From Toensbergia leucococca (lineage: Eukaryota), in assembly GCA_022813965.1 (NCBI GenBank), contig JALDZS010000030.1, positions 62,001 through 126,000 on the forward strand: 64,000 bases of DNA, written 5' to 3'. Below, one piece after another: positions 54,253 to 64,000 of the stretch. Within the stretch, counting starts at the first letter, position 1; every line of letters starts with the position of its first letter. The position numbers and the translations under genes are program-made. The notes below the pieces were generated by a model. It was given only the letters and a program-made list of their open reading frames with translations, made no database searches and was not told where the DNA came from.

Positions 54253-56473
54253 GATGACGTGTGTAAGTAGTAGATTTGTTATTATGTATTCTCAAGGTGT
54301 ATAGTGTGTGTGTAAGCAGTAGAATTATTATATATTTTAGAGGTATATGGTGAACGACAAGCCAGAAATATATACTGTGAAGAGCAAAGCAAAAGGACAG
54401 AAGACAAAAAGATTAGAGAGCACGGAACAGGAAGGTTTGGAGCTGCCGAAGGATTGCTTTAGCAGTAATTCAAATGGCTACCTACTCGTGTGCGTGGGGC
54501 TAGGCGATAGGGCAGAGAGGTGAGCTGTGAGGCTTTGTGTTTGCATAGGCGTCTGCATGTGCCGTAGCAATGATGGAATGAGGAGAGAGGAAAGTTCAGA
54601 ATTCTTGCATGTGGCGGACGATCAGTCTCATCCCACCAGTGGACAATGGTAAGGTAAGGAGGCAGAGAGGGGGAGGTATGAGGAGGTAGGAGGTAGGAGG
54701 AGGTAGCCATCGAAGGTGACCCGTACTAGGCCAACTCTATTTCGACGTGCCTTTTCTACACCAATGAAACAGCCATCATCGACCAGTTCTTCAACACATG
54801 ATGAACCTATATGAACAATCAGACTCTGCCGTATGTTGGTCCTACCTAGGAGCCTAGGTACCTTGGCTGATGATCGGCCTGTCCTTTAACACCCGTGCCA
54901 TTAGCCTGGGAAGAGAAGGCAGAAGCATTTCAATACTAGCAGGACTGAGGTGGTGAATGCCTTTTTGTCATCCCATCTCAATCTTCCTCTCTAAACAATG
55001 CTTCTCTCTTGGCACTGTCCTCTTTTGTCCCAGGGTCCTCTCTCCTGACCATCGCTGATATCAATTCAATCCCGACCTGCTCTTGATATTAGTTGAGCAT
55101 ATTCTTGTCGCTTTTGATTACATCAATTAACTAAATTCGGCATCATTTGATCATGGACGCTTCTTTCTTCTAGGATCATTATCGTCACTTCTTGAAGGGG
55201 CTTTTGCAACAAGACCGCAGTCAATATGGGCCGGATTATTGACGTTTATTGTGAAACACTGGTGGTTGCCTTCGACCATCCTTCAAGCTCTTTAGGCCGA
55301 GGACTTCTGCCAGTCTTGCAAGGTAAAAGTTCAAGTGGTAGTTTCTATTGAAATCCTTTTAACTGTGAAATTGTGCTTGCCGGGTGGTGGTGCTTTTGAA
55401 CGTCAATGGATATACAAGCTCATCGAGCCACATTTTATGTATTTCTCTGCTGAGGTTCCAAATAACGTTTCATTTCTTCGATCTCGACTGGCCTTTATAT
55501 AAAATATGCTTTTGGTTTGGACTTTCATATATGCAAGTGGTCGTCGACAGATGAATACCTATGTGTACCGTGCTGTTCAGGTTGGTCACCTTTTCAAGAC
55601 ATTTCAATGTGCTGGTCATTCACTTTCGAATTTCTTTCGTAGAAGTCCGATTTGTGCCACTATCGTATCCTCCTTCTTCGTTTAAATTCGAAATTCCTGG
55701 AATCCGGTGAGCTGAAGGATATGGACTCAAGGGCTTTTAACTGCGAAGCTTGAAAACTCGGTTTCTATGGACCAGCACTGAGCCTCGCCTTTGCCTAGAG
55801 ATAGGTATATATTATCTGTAGGTTTGATTGCAGACGGAACCCTGGGCAATCTAATTCATCGTGTCACTTGAATTCTCGTATGAATGACATTCCCTCGGAC
55901 ATTGGAAGAGGAATTTATCATACCAGCTACACGGGAAATAGCCGGAGCCACCAGGACATCAAGAGCGACCTTGACCTCAGTAGTACGAATATCGGTGGTC
56001 AAATTGCTCAGGCTGTCGATGATGACTGGGTATCTGTCAACGTCGACCTATGGCAGCCCCCGTGGTCGGCAAAAGCTGGATAGGAGTGCAATACAAATGT
56101 ACTGATGGGTAGGTGTTTCTGGACCTTTTGCTGATATATTCATGACCCGGCTTTCCAAGGCTAAGCGTTGCTAATATCCAACGTTCCGTGTACCGCTTTT
56201 GGACACCGTTCCTTCCATCTCGAGCTCCTCCCTCGACGGATTAGGTTTCTAACAAGAACATAACAAATGCTGTCGCTCTCCGTATCCCATCTATATGAAC
56301 TTGCTTTTCCTCCACTCTTTTCTTTCTCTCCTCAAGACTTTCACACTTTTTGGCAACGCTGTCACTCTGCACGACAAGGCATCATCATTACTCAGAGCTC
56401 ATCATCACACAGCGGAAGGTCTTCACTCGTTCACACACACTCTCCCTTCTCCGTAAAAAGAGATTGTATCGAC

Positions 56474-57233
56474 ATGTCGAGCATTGGCATCATGTCTTCT
56501 CCTCTGGCTACGACTCGGCCTCGCCAGCCAACGATGGTCGCAGTGACCACGAGCCCAAGGGTGCCTCTGCCAAAGGCATCTGACAAGCCTTCTCGTCGCT
56601 GGGTTCCTGCGACTCATCCTCCTGTAGCCAAGGTCGAAAAGACCTCTACAGATCTGGCGGGCCGAAGCCAGGCTCGGGGTAAGTCTACTGTCTTTTCCAG
56701 CCTTACCTTTTCCCTATTGTGTCACCATGTTCTTCCCTGCGTCCATCTGTACCCGCTTCCAATCCCCACTGTCGTCTACTCTCGCTTACTGTCGTCCATC
56801 CTTGCTCACTGTCATTCATCCTTGGCCCCAGTCACTGTTTGCATCAATGTCGTCTTACAGCCACTAACTAAAGTCTACAGCTTGCCACCCGAAGCCCTGG
56901 CTAGCAAACTCGGTAGTCGAGAGAATCGCCTCGTTACCTCCACTTCCACAAAGGGGTAGCCTCCCTGTCAAGAGTGCTCTTCGGAGCAGTGGAAGTGGCG
57001 AATCAAAGAAGGTCAGTAGAGCTACTTCTTCAGTATAGCGGACATCCACACTGACAACAATCAAGGTTTCCTGGTCGCCTTCCCAACAGATCCAGATCAC
57101 CCCTCCGAGTATGTGCCAATACCCGGAACCACGCCCCAATGGTTTTGGAACCTACGGGAGACCAAGGGGCGTGACTGGATTGTCTGGCTGGCCGACCACG
57201 AGTGGGCTGTATCCTTTGCCCTCCGACAATTAG
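56474..57233 (+). CDS. Putative 167-aa orphan protein (3 exons) with SILK-like and RVxF-like motifs
   Basis: Exons 56474-56678, 56881-57011, 57066-57233. Donors GTAAGT and GTCAGT, branch/acceptors CTAAC..CAG and CTGAC..AAG; phases are compatible and give 504 nt ending in TAG. Confidence 0.6.
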
Positions 57234-57417
57234 GTGAATCATTTCAATCAGCTCGTGTTGCAGGTTAGAATCCCTTGAGCGGAGCCCGAAGGACTGGAGC
57301 CCGAAGGACTGGATTGGAGCCCTCTACCTGCAACACTGAGCATTCACCTGTCGACCACCAGACAGCTACCTTCTTTATTTCAACAGACGGCCACCTCATC
57401 CGGCGTCTAAACCAGTA

Positions 57418-57660
57418 AATCTGACAATCACACTCACCACGATGGCCCTAGCCAAGCCATTGGCGTGGAACCCAACGATTTACACCGCGTCTCAATCTAT
57501 CAATCTGACAATCACACTCACCACGATGACCTTAGCCAAGTCATTGGCGTGGAACCCAACTATTGACGACGTGTTTCAACTCTCTATCAGTCATTCAGAC
57601 AAGTACACTCACCACGATAACCCAGGCCAGGTTGTTGGCGTGGCACCCAATGTTTGACAA
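57418..57660. repeat. Three direct repeats of about 84-91 nt
   Basis: CACTCACCACGAT at 57431, 57515 and 57606, each followed by ...TTGGCGTGG(A/C)ACCCAA. Confidence 0.9.
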
Positions 57661-57713
57661 CAGTTTCGACATATGCGAGGCCTTCATCGCTGTCGGCAAA
57701 GCACATTACCAAA

Positions 57714-57744
57714 AAAATCAGAAAATCAGAAAATCAGAAAATCA
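57714..57744. repeat. 8-nt tandem repeat (AAAATCAG) x about 4
   Basis: aaaatcagaaaatcagaaaatcagaaaatca seen directly. Confidence 0.85.
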
Positions 57745-58019
57745 TATTAAATATCTCGGGGACTAGAGCCCTACTTCGTTATCACACAGTCTTTACTACG
57801 ACGCGTTTTCGCTTTTGCAATCACTTTCTTTTACTTTGCTCTGCCAGCCAGGTCTTTTGGATTCTGGCCGGGCGTGGAACAGGGGAGGGGCACGGCGGAG
57901 TGAGCGAATCTGGACTAGGCTGGACCTTGGACACCGCTCGCTCTGCCGTGGGAAGTGCTGGGAGGATGACTTCTGTGGTGTGGATGGTTGTTAGCCTTCG
58001 GGCAGGACTTCTGAGGGTT

Positions 58020-58328
58020 CAACTAACTTTATACTGGCGGCTCAGCTGACGTTATACTTAGGGCTCAAGTGGGATGACTGGGGGCTCAAATGACTTTATA
58101 CTGAGTGTTCAAACGACTTTATACTGGCGGCTCAGCTGAATTTATACTTAGGGCTCAAATGACTTTATACTGAGGGCTCGAGTGGGTTTACTGGGGGCTC
58201 AAACGACTTTTTACTGAGGGCTCATGACTTTATACTGAGGGCTCGAGTGGGTTTACTGGGGGCTCAAATGACTTTTTACCAAGGGCTCATGACTTTATAC
58301 TGAGGGCTCGAGTGGGTTTACTGAGGGA
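58020..58328. repeat. About 21-22-nt minisatellite with a 65-nt higher-order unit
   Basis: Monomers like TGACTTTATACTGAGGGCTC; the block TGACTTTATACTGAGGGCTCGAGTGGGTTTACTG recurs at 58160, 58225 and 58290. Confidence 0.9.
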
Positions 58329-59388
58329 TATTTTTTTCATCAATGTCGCTGCTTGTCAGAGCCTTTGAAGAAGATTCAAAAAATGATCCTGTATGGAATA
58401 TACGATATCAGTAGTAAGGCGATGGGGCTGGCGGTCAATGATCTGTTTGAGCAACAGCTGTAATGGCAGGAACATGGTGTTGCATGTTTGTGCCATGTTC
58501 GATGGAAGATTCTCGTGTGGGGCTTTGGCGGTGTTTCTCGAGGCCTCATCTGAAGCCTTAGACAAGAGTCACGTAGATGGAGAGCCGTGTATATGGGCAG
58601 TGGGTGGCCTCCTAGCCAGCCAGAGTCATCCATTTGTACATCTATAGTATCTTATTCCTACCAAAGTCACATTTTACTATTTATGGAAGCAAGACAGTCA
58701 CACAAAGCACAAATGCTTCCTAGAGTACTCGAAAACTCCTTGCCACTTTCGCCATTTTTCCCCCAACGTTGGTTCAGATGGGTTTGGTCAAGGCTTGATG
58801 AGGTGAGAGTTTGGGGTGAGATAAGGAGGTATGCTAAAAAATCTGCTTGGGCTTTGGTAGATTGACTCCTATGTTTTGTATTGAGATGAGTGGGTCCGAG
58901 GTTTTTTTTGGGAGTGGGATTTTGGAGGTTAGGAAGCGTACCGACGATTATGGAGATGTGTTTTGTTCTGAGGGTTGTTAATACACTGTGACCCCTTTTT
59001 TTTGATACATTGACACCCAATTGAAGAAAACATATTTTATTCCAAGGCAACTTGCTCGGTTCTAGTTTCATCTTAAGGAAAAATGTTGTGTTATTTCTTT
59101 TATGTGAAAGGGGCTTGACCTGAGCTGGGAAGACAATGCGTGATGAACAAAAACATGAATTAGAACATGAATAGATTACAAAGTATTTGGGTTTTCGGGA
59201 CGGATTGGGGCTGTGGTATTGTTGATCTGTATTAGCCTTTGAAATGGTGTTTGCTAGGTAAACAGCTCTGGTGGCGACTGACTATGTAAGGGGTTGTGTT
59301 CATCTGCTCGCCCCATTTGCACTCATCTCATACATAGAAAGTTCCGTTACTTGCCACCTGGTCTATAGTCATGGTCTATATACGAGCT

Positions 59389-61556
59389 TTAAGACTCACT
59401 GCGCAAAGGCGGAAACAGCACTCCATCATACCCCTTCCCGAGCTCGGTAGCCGGCTCCCCGTACCGCGAATCCAATCCTACCACAGCATCCTGGAACGTT
59501 CGCGCATCGGGCGCCACGCCGAGCATGTCCAGGAGTTCTGCCATCTTTGACGGCATGTACGGCTGCAGCAAAATGCCGCAGATCCGGAGCGACTCGGCAC
59601 AGAGGTAAATGATTTTGTTCAACTGGGCGAGGTTCGAGGGTGTGGATTTCACCAACCCCCAGGGTGCAGCTTGGTGCATGTAGGTGTTTGTCTTTGGGGG
59701 AGGGGGGTTGTCAGTGGGGTGTGGGAGACGGCTATGGGCGGGAGAGGAAGAGGGGGTTACCTGGTAGATTGTTTCCATGATGGCTTGTAGTGCAGCGCCT
59801 GGGTCTAGGTCGTTCATTTTTTGCGCAACCGTGTTTGGTAAGGCTATGAGGCGGGCGTGGTGCTTGGTATCTTGGTTCAACGTCCCTGATTCGTCTCCTT
59901 TAGCTGCCTTTTCTATTTTGATTGCGTCCTTGCATTCCGCTGAGTATTGTACAGCTTCGCGAACGCTCCATTTCTTGCCTCGCAAGAGACGGCTGCTGAG
60001 ATTGCCGAGACCGAACTGGAGACCCTTTTTGTAGCGCATGATGATGTAGGCGTTTTCGTAGTCAGCGTCGTCTTTGATGCCACCGTCGTGGGCGAGGTAA
60101 TAGCGCATGGTGTCGACGCCGAAGCGATTTAGGGCGAAAAAGGGGTTGACTACGTTGCCGACGGATTTGGACATTTTGGAGCGGCCGAGGGTCCAATGGG
60201 CATGGGCGAGAATTTGGCGGGGAAGGGGGAGATCGAGGGCCATGAGGAAGGCGGGCCAGTAGACGCAGTGGAAGCTAGAAGAGGATTAGTGGAGCGGTGG
60301 AGAATGGTGGAATTGAATGAGGTGATATACCGTACGATATCCTTGCCGATTACGTGGCAGTCTGCGGGCCATCCGGCGGCGTCTTCCTGGCCGGGGATTT
60401 GAAAAGGATAATTTGCTTTTGTGAGGTAGTTTACCAACGCATCGAGCCAGACATAGATGGTTTGACTATCATCGTCTGGAACTGGTATCCCCCAGTTCAA
60501 TCGCTCTACGGGTCGGGATATGGACAGGTCTTCAAGACCAGCAGCCACGTGTTGGATGACTTCTTTCATTCGTGTTGACGGTACAACGAAGTTGGGGTTA
60601 CTCTCGTAGAATTCTAATAGGCGATCTTTGAAAGCAGATAGATGGAAATGGTAATTGTCTTCAGACGTCCACTCGACTTCTTTGCCTGTCTCGATTGACG
60701 CCTGCAAGGTTTAGAATGCGGACACGGCGATTTCTCGGGGATGAAGCATACCATGAACTTCCGACCAGTCGAGGGATCAAGGGTGAGTCGTACAGCCGAT
60801 TCTGGATAGAATGTCTCGTCGCTGATCGAGTACCAGCCTTCATGCTTGGCAGTATACACATACCCCCTTTCTTTTAAAATGTACTTTTGCATGTTAGCTT
60901 CGACGCCTAGAGGTTTGCCTAGACTTATTCGACTGACCCAAAAATGCTGCACAGCAAACCTGTGATCTGGGTCTGAAGTTCTTATGAAATGGTCACGGTC
61001 GATATTTGCTTTTTGTGCTAGAAGCTACATATGTTTAGCAATCGAAAAGGCATGGGGTTAAAGGCAGTCTATCCTACATCAAATGCTTTATAACTACTGT
61101 CACAAAAAGAGTGTACATCTTGCCCTGCTTTCTGCGCAGCCTGCTGAATCTATATGAGAAGGAGGTGTGAGATACAAAGCCATGGAGGAGTCTATAAGTA
61201 TTGCTAGCAGACCTTCATGCCATGCTCATCGGTACCTGTACACAAGATAGCCCTCTTCCCCTGAAGCACGGCCCATCGCTTCAGGATGTCAGCAAGCACC
61301 AAAGAGTATAAGTGTCCTATATGTGGTGCTACGGACAGCTTAGTCAAAGTTATCTGTACCATGTATACATAGGGCTCGTACCAGCATTCACGTAGAAAAT
61401 AGGGGTCGTGATATAGTCTGGTTTCGCCCGCTGCACTGGAGCTAGGGTGGAGTTGGAACTACGAGCTGAGGCCTGAATTCGACATGTTCGGCAGATATAT
61501 TGGCGGGAAGTAGGTTGGAAACGTCTTAATAAAGGACTAAATAGCCGTGATCTCAT
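59389..61556 (-). CDS. MSM1: Mitochondrial methionyl-tRNA synthetase
   Basis: Presequence MRSRLFSPLLRRF; YITTPIFYVN, PHIGHLYS (HIGH), TGTDEHGMK, IYVWLDALVNY, IGKDI, KMSKS. Confidence 0.94.
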
Positions 61557-61969
61557 AGTAATTATCAATCCAATAAGCTCATAGATGTTCTCGAGTAGAG
61601 AAAGGGAATCTCGGGGGAAAATAGAATAAATCGAGAGGAAAGGGCGTGAGATTTAGGGAGTAATTGAAATAGAATAGAATACGAGTATTCTATGTGGCCC
61701 AAGCTCCTTCACCTCCAAGAGCCAAGATTCCTCGATTGCATAGGTATCCGTACTACTGCCTGCCAACCAAAGCCTATTCGCACATCACCGCACTTTCCTT
61801 TGTCCAAGTGTTGGACATTTCCATTTGAACTGATCAAACGGAAAGCCTTCATGGCGAGCTTGTTATTGTTTGCATCCAAGTGATTGCTATGTGCTTCCTC
61901 CGGCCCTCCATTCCTTGAAGCTTGTTTGAAGTTTGAAGTTTGGCCAGTTCAAAGTCCGAGTCCACCTCC

Positions 61970-62535
61970 ATGGCGGCCCCAAGTCAAGATGTCGCGACTA
62001 AAGTCTCGACTGAAGGTCTGCATATCACCATAGCCCGCTTCTCATCAATAGCTAACGTCGTGGACAAGTTGCCGAGAACTTTATTCAAACATTCTACCCA
62101 GCTTTACAATCCGCTCGACCCACCATAGCAACCTTTTACCTCTCGCCAACAGCGACGCCGGACGGCAAAGCTCTACCTGCTATACTCTTTAACGGCAACA
62201 TAATACCGAACCCCGCAGCCCTGCAAACCATGTTCCAACAAGATGTTCCAGCAGCACACTACGAAGTACAGTCATTTGACTGCCAGGTCCTGAACCCTAG
62301 TCATACGGCAGAAAACACTCAATTCGACTCCAGGGCAGCGGTAATTGGGAAGAAAATGACTTTGTTGCTTGGAGTCAATGGCTATGTCAGGCTTGGAGAA
62401 CCACGCGATGCCGACATGAGAGGATTTAGCGACACTTTTGTCCTTGTTCCAAACCCTGCCATGGCTACCGCCGGCCGAGGGAAGACTAGCAAAGAGTGGG
62501 TGATCCAAAGTCAGAACTTTAGGCTTGTGGTCTGA
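61970..62535 (+). CDS. NTF2-related export protein (Nxt1/Mtr2-like)
   Basis: Two exons; AENFIQTFY, ILFNGN, EVQSFDCQ, RGFSDTFVLVPN, WVIQSQNFRLV. Confidence 0.85.
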
Positions 62536-63177
62536 GGAGAACCTCGAGTCTTCTGCATGACGTGAAGTGGGCTGTGAAGAAACCAACTATGAGATCCGGC
62601 GCATATGTATCCAAAGTCGGTACAAACCACTCCCTCAGTCAACGCCTTTCAACAGCCACCGGTCTCCATCTGAACAAGCCTTGGCGTTCGGAGTTCCTTG
62701 GTCCGACAATCAGTAAAACTAAGACGCTATCATCCATCTCATCGTTTATGAACATCCTTTCAAATCACACATGCCTGCAATACTAGCCTTACGCAGGATC
62801 CATCTATCCTAAGCAAAGCCTTAGCTGCTTTTAAACTTACATTCATATTCTTAGGACCAACGTCAAATCCACTTCACCAGTCACTTGCCCCTGCTCTTCT
62901 CACCCTTCTCGCTAGCCGGGTCTAGATTGTGAATTCATCTCGCAGTGATAAGGGCCTTGTGGTATTCACAAATTGCCACGAGTCTCATATAAACCTCACT
63001 TCGAACTTACCAGATACAGCAAACCACTTCTCCCTCCAATTATCTCTGAACATATACGTTAGGCTCGTATTGCACTCACTATTTGGAGACCGAAAATCGA
63101 TTTCCAAGCTCATCACACTTAGATCCCTACAGAGGGGAAAAATAAAACTCGACTCAAATCCTCGCTCGACTCTCGCC

Positions 63178-64000
63178 ATGCGCTATTCCGATCTTCCTGC
63201 AGGCTGCTCCGCTACCGTTGAGGTGCTTGCCGATGAAATCATTTGTCCAGAGCACAGCCAATCAGATGCTGAGCAAAGGTTGCAAAGTTGGATTGTCATA
63301 AAATCTGGACAATCGATTTCCCTAAAATGTTCCTTGCGGATCAGTACGAAAGCATACCAAGTGGATCTACTCATAGATGGTATACTTCGCAACACATTTG
63401 TCTCTCCAAGAATTCGAGGTATGGTGCGTCGCGAGGATATCACGTTCGAACATGGGGTCTGTCGAATGGGAAGAGGACTGTTCTATGGATTTATGAAAAC
63501 TTGTGAATTGAAAGAAGATCCAGGTACGTCAACTTACTACTATTATGAGAAGGAAAGCTACTTACACTTTCTGTTTCAAAGTCGATTTCATAGACCTCAA
63601 TGACCCTAGCGTCGGTACAATAGAGGTCCAGATATGGAAAGTAAAAAACGACTTCACACATAAGCAGGATGCAGATATCCCAGATGACGTGAACCACTAG
63701 ACGCTTCTGAAATCAAAACCAGGAAGATCAGATGTCCAGCCTACTCATGAGATCACCTATGTCGACTGGGAAAATTTACCAAAGCCTACCAAGGCGAAAA
63801 TACGTTCCAATATGCGGCAGCCGCGACCTGGTCAATGTCCTTGGGCGACATTTCATTTCCTCTATAGATCCGAAGGTATGATGGCTTCATGCATACTGAA
63901 GCAGGGAACCTATTAACATGTCTTCGTCAGATTCTCTCCTTCAAGCTGGTCTTCTTTCAGTCGCTATTATTGACCCTAGTATTGCTGCTGGTATTATTAA
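63178..64000 (+). CDS. Hypothetical protein, truncated by window end
   Basis: GCC-ATG at 63178, ORF with VDLLIDG, intron near 63524, next exon GTIEVQIWK...PWATFHFLYRSE, donor near 63876. Confidence 0.65.

Noticed and set aside
55020..56143. Possible spliced minus-strand gene starting MNISAKGPETPTHQ
   Set aside because: The first two exons join in frame, but the downstream frames I tried hit stops and no domain is recognisable; at most a pseudogene.
57418..58328. Repeat arrays as a CRISPR-like locus
   Set aside because: Eukaryotic context, no cas genes, and the intervening sequences are diverged copies rather than unique spacers.
10779..62560. Stop-codon readthrough giving cryptic peroxisomal signals
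   Set aside because: The stops checked (CCP1, M20 peptidase, ArfGAP, RAM2, dehydratase, NXT1-like) lack the TGA-CTA context, and no SKL-like extension was seen.

Overview
Intron-rich eukaryotic DNA from a filamentous ascomycete (Pezizomycotina, inferred from short GT-AG introns with CTRAC/CTAAT branch sites and from gene content). About 22 protein-coding genes were reconstructed by manual splicing: a Zn2Cys6 transcription factor, two MFS transporters, cytochrome c peroxidase, a CFEM protein, an amino-acid permease, an M20 peptidase, a large low-complexity protein, a SAM+HMG-box protein, a BAR-PH-ArfGAP, a hybrid histidine kinase, and a housekeeping block (RPL36, TUG/UBX, PUP3, SERCA-type Ca-ATPase, 14-3-3, RAM2, serine dehydratase, mitochondrial MetRS, NXT1-like). 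No biosynthetic cluster, CRISPR array, tRNA or rRNA gene was recognised. The most novel-looking part is 56.4-58.3 kb. It holds a 3-exon orphan gene not captured by the ORF track, whose splicing creates a KSALR...KKVSW PP1-docking-like pair, followed by a long hairpin and three repeat arrays. Other leads are a hidden 84-aa spliced gene at 30.7 kb, a possible CUG-initiated extension of the histidine kinase, a hairpin-dense interval between the Ca-ATPase and 14-3-3 genes, a recurrent intergenic TACTCCGTA motif and a 4-nt microexon. All calls come from reading the sequence; no database searches were run.
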